Below are positions 13,118 through 26,385 of a stretch of DNA of 64,000 nt, piece by piece. The stretch's first letter is position 1. Each line of letters starts with the position of its first letter. The stretch comes from Ramazzottius varieornatus (Eukaryota > Animalia > Tardigrada): the NCBI GenBank assembly GCA_001949185.1, contig BDGG01000022.1:62001-126000 (forward strand). The letters run 5' to 3'. The notes beneath the pieces are model-generated. The model had not been told where the DNA came from. It did no database searches and was given only the letters and a program-made list of their open reading frames with translations. Position numbers and translations under genes: made by a program.

Positions 13118-14412
13118 TCAAATTGTGCCAAGTCTAGACTGAGCAGCGTACAGTGGAGGATGGCTTGTGCCAGTGGGAGGTCGCTGCTGATTGGCCTCGT
13201 CGTAGTCGGCTTGACCGACCATTTCCAAGTGATTATAGGCTGGGGGAGGCACACCGGGGACAAAGTCCTCAGCGGAAGCCCCCAAGACGCTCGTACCCTG
13301 AAAAGCCAGGCGCACTGCGATAAATAGTTCACTTGTCGTGGTGCATGATGAGCAAAAACCTTGAGCAAATTGTCGGTCCACAAGTCCTGGCGTTGCTGGC
13401 GAATGGCGCGGCTATTGCTATATCGCATGAACTGGATGCATTGCCAGATGATGCGCACAATGTACATCTGCAAAGTTATATTATGCCATAAGTAAACGTA
13501 TATAATGCAATGAGAACTTTGGCGCTAGTTTTCTGTCTAATGTCAGAAGGTTCAGAGAATGCATTGACATTGCTGGCGAAGGATATACAGTAGGTGGCAT
13601 GTACCTTGATGGACAGTGTCAGAACGTGGCCGATAACGGTGGCGGCCTGCATCTGCCAGGACAGCTGGGCAAAGGTAATGGGCTGGTCCTTGGGGACACT
13701 GGAGTTGGCCATCATGTCTTCCTTGGGAGCAAGGCCGTACAAGTCGACACCGGCAATGACCAAAACGGAAAAGAGCAATTCACACAACTGGCTGATCATG
13801 AAGGGCACCAAGCAGCCCGCAGTACTCTAAACAAAATCCATTCAGCTTTATAATATCATAATGACCAACAGGAAGATGTTTGGTAGAAAATAGCGGACCT
13901 TGGAGAGGGAGCAGATGGCCAGGACGGCAATGACCAGTGAGAGAGCGGAGTAGAGCATGGCCACGTTGAGCTCGGTGCGGGTGGGCAGGGAGCTGTCGCG
14001 GCTCTTGATGACAAAGACGGTCAGCCAGTAGGACATGTTGGTCACCTGGATGTTGATGACGGGCTGCTCGCCTTGGCCGTCGTCCAGGCGAGTGGGCACC
14101 CCAATATCCACTTCCAGCACTTGCTGGACGTAGGCCACATCGGGCTTGGCCATGCCTTCAGCCGGGCTCTTGTTGGCCTGGCTGAGCTGCTCCAGGTTGA
14201 CGGCCACGTAGATGAGCAGCGACATGTTCAGCAGGTGCATGACCTGTATAATAAAGCAACATCTGTAATAGTTGCACTATATTGGCCGGGTTGGCGGTGT
14301 GATGTACCATGTATCCAATGGCCAAAGCCAAGGTGGCGTGTCGAACGTGGATGCATCCGAAGCAGTTCCAGCTCGTCGAACGCTCTTCCGTCAGCCAACG
14401 ATTAGACACCAT
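13118..14412 (-). CDS. LAPTM4: Lysosomal-associated transmembrane protein 4-like (5 exons)
   Basis: CFGCIHVRHATLALAI, LVPFMISQLCE, YIVRIIWQCIQFM and C-terminal PPxY motifs (PPAY, PPLY). Confidence 0.8.
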
Positions 14413-16607
14413 TATTTAGTGATTTCTTGAGGTTGGGAGGGAGGGAGGATAAAGTACCACAGAATTTATCCTCGGCAAGACCACTCAAGAAGTAATGGAG
14501 CTCGCTCGAGAAAGTGTCGACTTTTTCCGATCTGGTCACTTGTAGGAGAAAGAACTGTGCAACCTCATGTTGGAAGAGAAAAGGTAACAGGTGACCTTGA
14601 CGGCAATTTTATTACATGGCTAGTATTCCCTGGTTACTGTCATGCCCATCCAGACCGCGGCTGTCAATCAAGCGAGCAATGCTACATGGCAGATGGCAAC
14701 ATGGCGCCATATCCTTACCGCTATTTACTGTTGTCCCATTCTAAAGATGCCAGTTTCGCCCTACGGACGACAACCAGCCAGCCAGCCAGCCATAACTAAG
14801 AGTGAGATACGAACAAGTAGCACTTCTTTATTTTGCAGAAGCAATCGGATAAAGTACCTCCTTCCCGTACACATCCCACTGGTTCGGTGAAGATATTGTC
14901 TAAGGAGAAGGAGAGGTAGGAGAGCTCTAGAGTTTGTTCTCCGCTCTAGCTCTTGCGCATGTCGGTAATTGTATCACGGTAGAAGCTGACCGTGTTCGGG
15001 GGGTAAAGTGAGGCGCTGATGGTATCTTCTCTTGTTGTCACAAGTCAGTAATTCCCTTCTTGATGTGATGTATGAGCCGTATAATTTATCCAGGAGCTGC
15101 GGGACATGCCATTACAATGGGAGGGCGCCAAGGCCTGACGAGCCGACAGCATCAAGTGCGGCCTTTTTCATCTGCCTTGGTTGTTTAGGCAAGGGCGGGA
15201 CAACCAGATCAAGTGCTTGCTGCTCGCGCGTCGGCCCTAGTCAGGCCGCTCGCCGATAAAGCTAATCCCCCCATGTTTTCACAAGAATGATGATGTCGCC
15301 CTAGTAAATTACCATTACAGCGGACAGGCCTCTCCTCTTCTTACAAGAGCATTACGATGGTTGGGATGGCGCACTTGTCCCCATGCAGTCCTTGCGTGTA
15401 TGTTAAGAGGAAATCTTATGCATGCCTGAACAGAACAGTCATACCGTCAATATCTTTTTGTGCACACGGCAAGGAAATCCCGGCAACGTTGCACTGCCAG
15501 GCTTTCATCGTCTCTCATGAATTAAGGCTTCTATGACGTACTAACCGGCCCGTCATGGGCTTTTGGGCAAAGTTGCCTACAGTGCTTGTCGTTGTCCTAT
15601 GCTTTTCCAAGCATCCAAATCTTCATGTAAATTCCGATGACACGAAACTAAATGATGAAGTAATACATAGTGTTGATTTCAAATATATTTTAGATGGCCA
15701 ACTTGGTTTTGGAGTTATGTTGCACCGATGTCGACCTGTCGTCGATGCATGCTTTAGTGTGCTGTAGGGGAAAGAGATATGGAACCCCGTCCAAAATAGG
15801 CCACGTCATTTGACATATCGGAACAGCAAAGTGCGCTTGAATCCATTTTTCTGACAGAATAAGTCGAGCTGAAATGACTTTGTCCTATGCGTATAGAGGC
15901 GATAGAGCCTTTTGATATAGGCTTGGGAAATTAAGTGCTTGTTCTTGATTGTCAGCTGGAGCTATTGCAGTACTGCTTGGCTCTCTGTACTGCCAGGAGC
16001 TAGCTCAAGGTTTCGGCGACGTATTTGCTGAGTAATATGGCTGGCGAGCATGGCATGCTGCCATGCTGGCCGTTGATTACACCACGGGCAATCCGACTGT
16101 ATACAGTGGCGGCATGCATGCGCTATTGCACTTTTACGGCATCAGTCTTACGTTCTGCACCGGAGCTAGAGTGCATGTTTTGCTAACTTGACATCAAGAG
16201 AAAGCCTAGGCTATTAATCTGACTTGGTCCTTTCCTGCCAACGTTGGCAAAAGGACCTTCTCGTATAAAGTTTAGTGCAACTGTATATGAGATAGCGGAA
16301 ACACTTGCACTGAATAGACCGCGTCCCTGTCCACTACGACGTAATTAGCTCGTCGAGGAAAAGCCTATCCATCTGTGGAACTACATGAACGATTTTGCTT
16401 TGATTATCACGACTGCTGACCGATGGGGAGCCTAATGTTCTCTTGCACAAGATATCTGCGCCGAACTATCTGAAGCTGGACATGGAATAAAATATATTAT
16501 TTGTCGAGGAGCAATTGGCCGGAGATAGGCCAAGCAAGTGGAGAAAGTGTGCTGGAGGGGATCGACGTCACTGTTGTCAAAAAGAGACTGGGTACAAGCG
16601 GCGAAAA

Positions 16608-18500
16608 ATGGGCAACAGTAGCTCGAAGAAGTCGCATGTCTCCAAGGGCGACAAGCTGTCCAAGAGCGACTTGGACTTTCTGCGTGCCAACACTAACTTT
16701 GACGAGACAACCATCCGTGAATGGCACACCGGCTTCCACCGAGGTACACGAGACATGGCAACTCTTTTCTCCCCGCTGTAACCTCAGACGCCTATAACCA
16801 ACTGCAAAATAAATAATCTCAGCTGCTTCGTCCCAAGAGGACCTTCGGACAAGGTTTCTTCTGCCAACGTCCTTTCGGCAGAAGCGCCAGCTCCACAGAA
16901 AGCCCTGGGCAAATACTTGATTTCAAGGTGAAACTTTCCTGTTGCTGGGACTGTTTGAAAATCAGTACAGCTACAGGAGAGGTACCGTGGGAATAAGCTT
17001 GTATGGATAAGGCAAGAACAGGCAGGGGATATCCTTTAGCCCCAGAAATACAAATGCGGCTATCCCGCAGAGCTATAGCTGTGCTCATGTCCCTTGAATT
17101 GCCGGCCAGGCTAATGAGCTGAAGGCCACTTCCGCCTTGGCCGGAAGTGGAAACTTTCGCTGTAGCCGTCACTGCAGACCTCCCGCAGCATCCTTCAAAT
17201 GCCTCCTTTATCCATTTCCATTGAAGGTTAATATTAACGTTTTGCAAAGACAAAACGGGTTTCATAACATCATGCATACTGTTAGAGTTGTCAATGTGCT
17301 GCCTATTGGGGCCCTTTGTCAGCTCCTCAGTGGTGTCAATGCGATCAGTGCGCCTGAGGCCGTGGAAAACTTCATATCCCAAATGTTCCCACGTAGTATT
17401 TCCCGCCACATTGGGCTGTGCAAGTGCTTGTGGAAACTCTATCTTTCTCTGTCTTTACAGACTGTCCCAACGGCAAGTTATCCCCTGAGAAGTTTGTGGA
17501 AGTCTACAAGGTCTTCTTCCCCAGCGGCAATGCCTCCCTCTTTTGTGAGCACGTCTTTCGCACCTTCGACCAAGATAAATCCGGTGAGGCCCGCCCACTC
17601 TTAATTCCTCTGCCACCTTCACTGTCGTCACTTTTGAGGACTAGCAAATATCAACTCCTTCGCAATTCTTGTGTCTTTTGCAGGCTATATTGACTTTAAG
17701 GTATGTATAGTGTTACACATCGGCCTAAAGCCCCAAAGCGATTGCCGATTCAGCGAAGGACGCAGGGCACAGTGACGTCACAGATAACATACAATAAGAG
17801 CTGTAAATGCTCAGCTAATGGACAAAGTAGGATTATTGATATTGATAACGTTCCTGCCTAATAATCATATGACGGATTCATGATCTCTTTTTCACTTGCG
17901 CAGGAATTTCTCTTAGCCATTAATGTGACGTCGTCAGGAAGTGCTGAGCAAAAGCTCAAATGGGCCTTCCGCATGTATGGTAAGTTGGATATAGTACCGA
18001 TAATTATTGGCTTTACGGTCCCACGGAAATGAGCCCAATCTTCTAAATATAGAGCGTCCAATGGAGAGACGTCCTTCAGACGATGATGACGACATTGTGT
18101 CTTTGCAGATATTGATGGTAACGGCCACATTGACTTGCCGGAGATGATCAAAATAATCAAGGTGATATTAAAGCATTCATGCAAAGCTTGACCAAGAGAA
18201 ATTATGGAAAGCCAAGCCAAGATCTGCAGTGCTATCAACATTTATAGCAGCGTTTAAGGGCGGATGTTGGCTCTATTTTAGGCCATACAAGAGATGTTGG
18301 GGAGCCAACAAGTCAAAGCTATATCGGCGACGGAGCCAGGAGGCTTCTCCGACGACCCCGAAGACCGTGCTCAACAGATATTCCACAAGATGGACACCAA
18401 CCGCGACGGCATACTGGACGAGAAGGAATTTATCGAAGGTTGCTTAAATGACAAATCTCTGATGACCATGCTGACCTCCACCGGCAAGTCGCCCACCTAA
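16608..18500 (+). CDS. Neuronal calcium sensor (recoverin/NCS family, NCS-2-like), N-myristoylation motif, 6 exons
   Basis: MGNSSSK; DCPNGKLS; EF-hand loops [24 protein letters not shown] and [12 protein letters not shown]; [10 protein letters not shown]. Confidence 0.93.
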
Positions 18501-19408
18501 GCCCTAACCTGCAATATGCTCCAGCACTTTTCCACATAGACAGCCGCCATACACACCGTCTTACATCTACAGCTCCTTAAGTGCCATCTATCCTACATTC
18601 CGCTCTTACCGATATTTACTATTAAACTTGCTTATAAATAAATAACTGTCAGGAAGGAGAAGCCCATCCAGGTCATCTACAGTCCATGGCAAAGTGCCCA
18701 TTTGTCAATTCGAAGGCTTGTTGGCATCGAAGCTGCTGGCCTTCTTACCTGTCGGCCTTGTTGCAGATATGTCTTGGTCGTCGACGGTCCATGGTCTACG
18801 TGTGGCCAGCGCCTTGAAGGTCGCCGGCGCTGACAGTCCAGCATACGTCCTTCTTGGCCAGAGGTGCGGCCTTCATCCGTCTTGTTAAAGCTGCCCAGCA
18901 GATGCAGAATGTTGGCAATGGTCGACGGTAGCAAGTAGTAGCGATTTCGCTTGAAAAAGCCTTGCGGTCCGCGGACCCACATATTCAGCAGCAGCGCAGT
19001 AGTACAGTACTCCACTGCAGGCCGTACATCCACGTCGCAGCATCCAAGGTACACAACCAGCGCTCTCCTCTCTGAATGGCTGATCCTCTAAATCAGTACT
19101 TTACAGCCCTCTTAGGAACAAAGACAATATGAAGAAGTGCAAGTACTGTAGTCACAGGCTGGTTAAAACGGAAAGTCAGTCAGCTGTGGGTTGAAAGCCT
19201 AAAACTGCTAAAGGCTGACGGATATCATATCAATTAAGACATATCAAATATAAGATGGGAGGATAACAGACTTTGTTCATGAGCAAACGATGAGAAGAAT
19301 GAAGGGTGGCAAGCCCGTTGGTGTGGCGCTGCAGTCAGCAGATGAGGAGCAGGGCGGTACCAACAAGGATGATTGAACGGGCAGGAATGGGTGATGCTCT
19401 GTCCTGCC

Positions 19409-21317
19409 TCAAGCTGTGCCGTTGGGCGCCAGACGTTTGTAGGCCTCGATCAGTTCTTCAACGTCGGCGCGGGAGCCGACAAAGAAGGGAGTGCGCTCAT
19501 GGATGGAGGTCGGCTGCACGTCCAAGACGGGCATGTGGCCGGTCGTCGCTAGTCCCCCAGCTGCAATCGTACATGTATGTATCAACAATCAGAAGAACCA
19601 CTGACACACTCCCACCTTCCCATACTACACTACTGCATAAGGTACTGCCACACACTTACCGTTCTCTAAGAGGTAGGCGATGGGGTTGCATTCGTACAGC
19701 AGTCGAAGCTACAAGACCATAAGTCAAATATGTAAGACAATCCATCACCGTCTGACATGACTGTCAAGAAGATACCTTTCCCTTGGGAGAATCTTTCGTA
19801 GCTGGATACATAAAGATGCCTCCATAGCCTAAAGACCATAAATGTCATGGAAGGTCTCCTTGCTGCCAGCCTGCTGCTTCTTACACAGTGTACGATGGAC
19901 GTCGGCCACCATCGAGCCCACGTATCGCGCTCCATAGGCTTTTCCCTTCTGCCAGCACAGAAAAAACCACATCAGCATATCTTCCGTTAGTCGTCATTCA
20001 TTGCCAACAGCACAGGTCAATCACAACCCATCAAAAAGGTGGCATCTTGTCCATTGTTCTACCTGCGGGTATTTCTTTTCGTGGACGTATTGGGTGACGG
20101 CCGGATCCCATAGTGCCGTGTAGCCCTCATTGATGCTGTAGATATTGCCCCGCTCCTTGACGCGCATCGTCGGATGCGACAGGATAAATTCCCCCACGGC
20201 CGGGTCCAGCGTGAAGCCGTGAGTACCGCTGCCCAACGACAGGACCAACTACAAAGAAACATGCGCATTATCGCTATATAACTGTATAATATTACTATGC
20301 TGGCTATCATTCAAGTTTGCATACCATTGTGGCCGACCCATATACGGCATAACCAGCAGCCACAATCTGCCGCCCAGGTTGCAGAGCGTCCGTCTCCGAT
20401 ACCTTACCAGTTGTGTCCTGTACAAGAAACCAGCATCAAAGACGGGCACAGCGTGACAAGTTAAAGATGACCTGCAAACTTATCTTGCAAGTGGCGCACG
20501 ATCGCGGCCCGTAACACTAAAAACGTGCGCCACTTGGGAAAACAATCTTGCAAACTTTGTCTACCCAGCTGTCAACTACGGCACAAGGAGAAAGTGAACG
20601 GGACTCAATACTGGACGTACCTTCCGGTAGATGGAGAAGATGGTACCAATGGAAACACAGCAGTCAATGTTGGAAGAACCTGCAAAAAGCAGCATGTGCT
20701 GACTAACATGGGACTTGTGCTAAGATGGCCGTAAGCAGCTTACCGTCCAGTGGGTCGAAGCAAACAATGTATTTGCCTGAACGTTCACTCTTTATTTCAA
20801 TAGCTTTCTCGTCCTCTTCTGAGACCAGCAAGCAAGTGGTATAAGAGGATTCCAGCATGTTGATCATTAATTCGTTGGAGATATCGTCTAGCTTCTTCAC
20901 TTCTTCCCCTTGTACGTTGACATCGCCTGCCAGCCCATACCTGCAAAATAATACATCAGACTAAAAGGAAAGGGCATGCGTATCTGTTAAAGAGCGTTCC
21001 TTGTATCCCAACTGTAAGTATATAAGACTTACAGTTGGGCGATTCCAGCCTTTCGGACACTGGACGATATGGTCTTGACTGCCACAATGATGGCGTTCAG
21101 TAGCTGCGTCAAGTCTCCCGTCGCTGCAAAGAGGATCGAAAGAGTCAAAGGATAATTGCAGCATGTTATCAATTGCTCATCTGCAGAAAGGAGAGACCGT
21201 CACCTCACCTGATGGATATTTCCGCTGCTCGTCCAAGACGAAGCGCGTCAACGTCATGCAGTCCGTGGTGATACCATGGATGTTGGCGCTGGATTCTCGT
21301 CGGAAAAGTCCACTCAT
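19409..21317 (-). CDS. FBP1: Fructose-1,6-bisphosphatase (about 10 exons)
   Basis: [60 protein letters not shown]. Confidence 0.97.
20488..20536. repeat. Intronic hairpin repeat family, single unit
   Basis: CAAGTGGCGCACG-loop-CGTGCGCCACTTG followed by GGAAAACAATCTTG, in an FBPase intron. Confidence 0.85.
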
Positions 21318-22101
21318 CTTCGAGGCGGTTGCAGCCTATGCAAGTAGGGAGACCAAGTACAAAGTCAGATGACCTAGGATAGGAAGAGCATTGGTAATCA
21401 GGATTGCCTGTAAAACCGCAAGAGCTTCTGCCATGCTTACAGATGTTTTCTTACCTTGCGTTAGCACAACACAGCAAGGCCACAGTCAGCACTTCCCAGC
21501 AATCTCTCAGGGTGATCGTTGGTGTGAAGGCGAGGAAAGGAGAACGTGGAAATGGCAGCAGAAGAATTTCTGGTTGACGAAGTGCAACGTTCAACGCAAT
21601 CAAAAATTATACGATCGTGTACAGCAGGCGGAGTCCTCCTCCTGCCTTATTGGCTGCCCGCGAAGGTGCGGTTGGAAGCCAGTCTGTCCGTATGGTTTGC
21701 TTACGACGTCATGATGTTCTGCTATAAGCGCGATGACGACATGCGTCGAAGTTTGTGCTTTACTTGCTGATGAGTCTGGGCCGTGGCTTGGTATGCTTTG
21801 CCTTCACGCGACTTTGCCTTTATGCAAGACTGTACATTGCCTTCAAGGTGACTCATGCGTAGTGAATCACATGACAGCACGAAATCGCGTAGCTGAGTAG
21901 CATAACACCACGAGACAACACAACTTTAACCTCTCGCCCTTACGCGCCGTAACTTCGTAACCAAGAATTAGCGGACTCGAAGGACGCCACTTGCGTGCGA
22001 CTTTGCCCATTACGAATTTTCTTGCCTTAAATTCTCACTTCCTGCGATCTACTCTCGCTTTCTGCGTTTTTTGCCCTGATCCCTCCAACTTTCGTCTCGT
22101 C

Positions 22102-25100
22102 ATGGAAAGGCCGCCGATGATTGTGTCCGACGATGAAAACGACGTTTTTTTTGATGGCTCGGTTGTGAACGGAACGTCCAGTGTGGATGGTACGCCAAAA
22201 GACAACAAGCGGATCAAGCTGGAAAATGCTGACCAGGGAAGCCCATCTGCTGCTCTCGATGAACGCCTTGCAGCTGCAGCTGAGTCAGAATGGGATGATG
22301 TGGCTTACCCGAATGACCAGACTACAATAACGAGCAACTACAACGGTGATTCGCTTATTCCGAGCACATCTTCTGAATATAGAGGGCAAGTACCGATTTA
22401 TTTTCCATTTAGTCTGCTGAATGTGCCGGCGAGGTCCGTGTTTTATGCGCATGTTCCTTGCCTTGTATAAGCCGGCGACCAACGTTTCGCACATGCCGGC
22501 GAGGTCGATTTAATATTGGCCAGTAACTATCCATCTTTGCAGTCTGCCGGCAACAACTGGTTACCACTCATGACAACTAGCTTACTCATCTTTGTCGTTT
22601 TAGAAATTCGGCTCCGGCGAGCGGGGATAACTCTCTCATATATCTCTCGGACGACGAACACTATGACCTGTCGGCTAACTCCACGAGTGCTGTAGCGGCT
22701 GCCGGAAATTTGTCTTTGTCCCCCACCCCGTAAGTGAAACCGGCTTTCGTGCACGCCGGCGCGCTCTGTTTGACACAACCCAGCAGCAACACTTAATGTA
22801 TACACACTAGATGATCCATGATACTCTGGAGGTTAATTTTGACATACAACAACAGGTGTGTCGGCGATGTCTGTTTTATATACTCCAAAGATCGGTATCT
22901 TACACAAGCCGGCGAAAAAAAATTTTACCTAATATTACACGCATTATAACACAGCGGTCTGCTTTTGAATGGAACCATGCGAAACTAGTGACAAGTCGTC
23001 CTCGTACGTACCGGAAGACGAAGGCCATGAGATAACTGCGGTACAGACAAGCCCAAGGGATAGCACAGAAAACTCGTCAGTCTTGGCGGAATAAGTACGA
23101 TTTCGGTCAGATACAATACTGTTTAAACTAGACTAGCATAAGCTAATTTGCTGCTTTTTGTAGTGAGACGTCATTTTCAGCGCCAAAAAAAGTTTTCAAG
23201 AACACCCGTCCTGCCGCTCGTGCTGTTTGCTAACCGAGGCGAACTTCCCTTCGATCCGTCCGGCGAAGAAAGCGTTTTCGGACCATATTACAGATTGTGA
23301 GTGATGCACCTGTACATCTAAGGGGTAACGGCAATATCTGCCGGCGAGGTCGTGGCGTCATCTGCCTGCAAGTCCCGGACACTATGCGCTGGCGAGGTTC
23401 CGGCACTTAGTGCCGGCGTGGTTTCTGCACTGAGAGTTTTCTTGTTTTGCAGTGACTTGAGGTACCGCTGTTTCTAAACATCGGAAAGTGACTCCTCCGT
23501 CTTGGCGTGGCTCAGTAGTCCCGAAGTTCTTCATGTGTATGGCTGCAGCAAGATGCCTCAGTGCTTCCAAGGACGTGCCTGGTTCGCGGTAATCTTTGAG
23601 TCCGAACAACGGATCTACGGGCTGGTAGCGGACGATGGTAACGGCTGCTGGAAGGACAAGAACCGAAGATTCGAGCGTGGCAAGAAGCTCGACGACGAAA
23701 GAACGCCATTTGTATACATGAAGAAAGACTGGTGCAGCTGGCCCAACGGACAATCAAACGGCTTCAAAAGAAGAATTCTGGCCTTGGTAGAATCGGAAGA
23801 CAAATGCAAGGTTCCACTCGGTAATTTTCTGGTTGTGGAGTATTCGTGGCAGGAGGGTAGCACAACGCAGCAGTTCAAACCGGGAAAAACCTACACGAAC
23901 CGCTCCGTTACCAGTGAAATGCGGAAACTGACATCACCAGTTGCCCGTGGGAAGTCTCTTACTTCCAGGGACATTTACTTCGAAGTGGCTTCAGCAGTTC
24001 CTGAAATGGACCGAGCACTAAATCCGTGGTCCCACCGGAATTCGTCAAGCATTCACTATCAAAACCGCAGCGAACAAGGAAGTCTACGGTTCCGATGCGG
24101 AGAGCTACTTACGTGCGAGAGACGGTGTCATTTTGCGGCAGTACCTGAACGAAGATGGCACCAAATCGGAGAACTACATTCTTGTCGATCCTCATCATGT
24201 TGGACTGCTTGCAGTGAATGGGAGTCGTCAGCAAAAGCGTAAGTGTCATCCAGTGCGATCTGCGAAGTCAGTAGTCTGTAACTTAGCGCGTTCGTTAACG
24301 GTATGCCAGCGAGCTCGCTGATATACTAACCAACGAGCATCCTTTTGCATATGCCGGCGAGCTCGATGGTGTCCAAGCCGACGAGCTTGATTTGCTTACG
24401 CCAGCGAGCTCTTTAATGTTACCTCTTTGAGCCACGATGCTACTGACGATGCTAAGCCTTGTCCTATTGAATTTACGTTGGTTTCAGGCACACCACACGT
24501 GCAGGTCGACGTGACGTTCAACCTCGGCAATATGTTTGTCGTCACGATGGTCATCCAACACCCGTTCTGCAAGAATGCGGAAACCGGGAAACCTACCCTT
24601 GTCATCGGTCCAACGATGCTAACTCAGAAGAAATCACAGGCTTCATATGCGGTGTTTGAAAACTACCTTCGTAAGTGTCTGATCGGTGTTGGCGTGGATG
24701 TCCTGTCTGAAGACTGGTCATCAACTTTGTCACAGATGGAGAGCGAGCTTTGTACGAAGCGTTCCGTCAAGCCTTCCCTCGGCATAACCACACGCTGTGT
24801 GTGCTGCACATTCGAAAGGGAATAGAACGATACTTTGATGGGAAGAAAAAGACTGCGTCCGAAATAGCGTTCGTTATGAATACGATTTTCGGCTACACTC
24901 GCACAGACGGGTTGGAGAGAAGACATGTTATGGGACTGATTGACTCGGTATCGGAACAAGCATTCGTTCGGCGATGGACGGAAATTAAGATTTTCCTTGG
25001 TGCGTTAACTTTCAGCGCTGGCTCGAGAGGAACCATCATAAGAACTTCCTTGAGAAGCTTATTCTACCGCAGGCGAAGCCATGGGGTTTTCTCGCGATCT

Positions 25101-26385
25101 GCCCAACACAAATCTTGCCGAAGCCGAGCACAAGGCGCTGAAAGCGTTCTTCGGAAAAAATAAAGATCCAAGAGAGGTGGCTGAAAGACTGCTGAAGTTG
25201 TACGCGGACCAGGTTACCCACTTGTTCCAGTGCATGAAGAACCAGGGAAAATACAGAGTTCGGGAAGAGTTTGCTAAGGACCTGCTTCTCTCGAGGGAGG
25301 AAGCTCGTGATGAACGCCATATCGTAGCCAAGTTAAAGAACAGTTCCCAAAATGCGACGTGCAGGCGATAGTGCTCACTGCAACCTGGCGCCAGGTGAGA
25401 ATTGGTTTAACTGTAAGCATGTGTGAAGCCGGTGAGGTCTGCCATATATGGCTCGACGAGGTCGACCATGTACATCTCGACGAGGTCGATTGCGTAGAGC
25501 CTGGCGCAGAAGCATCACCGATGCAGCAAGCGCTGGTAGAGTTCGCGAGACAGTTCGGCAGTTTGTTAGTAACCGTTTGGCCGATATAGGTAGCTCCCGG
25601 TAAATCCTCCAACGTATCACTACCGGAATTGCCTGAGTTTCTGACCACCGGTCGCGCACCAATGTTTGCTAACAGCTGGAACCGCGCCATGGAACTTCGG
25701 AGCGACTGGATCGTCCAGTTGTCCGATTTGGAATGGCTGAACTTCAAGAACAGGTAAAGTCCGCAAAGTCCTGTCATCTGACAATATATATCTCTAACCA
25801 CCGGTGAAGGAAAGTGCAGCTGTTACCAGTCTCAGACGAATAGAGATCCAGCATGCAAGCACATCATAACCGTGGCTGCGACTACAGGCCAAGTCGACCG
25901 GCTAGTGGAGTGGCTGAAGGTGTAAAAGAGCACGAAGGTGGTTGGCAGCTGGACATTGACGAGCACTGGCGGAAAAATGCCTGGCCAGAAGCAGAGGACT
26001 GTGAAGGGAAAAGATTTCACCAAGCGGACAAGCACTGAGGCTCTTGACATGGATTTGCAGGAAGAAGGCTTTTGTTTTAGAGGAGAGGGATGCGCGAATG
26101 GTGAGTGTTGACCTGTGTCAAGCTGTATTCTTTTACTTTATTTTGTGTGAATGTTCTTGTCGGAGAGCCCAGTGCTGTGTAAGCCGCGAGCTCAGTACCG
26201 TGTATCCCGGCGACTTCGATGAAGTGTGTGCCGGCGAGCTCGGCGAAGCGTTGCCAGTAACAGCTAATATGTCGCGCTTTCCGCAGGGAAACCATGGCAG
26301 GATAGTACTTACGAGTTCAAAATCACAAAGGTCTCGGTTCCTGGCTCGCGATACCAGTGCCCCGGATGCCGAACATCGTTCATGA
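22102..26385 (+). pseudogene. Degenerate intron-containing MULE transposase with SWIM zinc finger
   Basis: VDVTFNLG, IGPTMLTQKKSQASY, FVTDGERALYEAFRQAFP..HTLCVLH, TNLAEAEHKALK; SWIM finger CSC-x9-CKH at 25815-25862. Frameshifts near 24715, 25010 and 25072. Confidence 0.88.

Noticed and set aside
18677-19054. Coding-like minus-strand ORF between the NCS and FBPase 3' ends
   Set aside because: No recognisable homology or consistent splice model.
21926-21945. TTAA|CCTCTCGCC as a piggyBac-like left end of the MULE region
   Set aside because: No matching right end found, and the transposase motifs are MULE, not piggyBac.
24671-24712. A 42-nt GTAAGT...AG intron that might repair the MULE frameshift
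   Set aside because: Its length is a multiple of three, so the frameshift remains; the copy is treated as a pseudogene.
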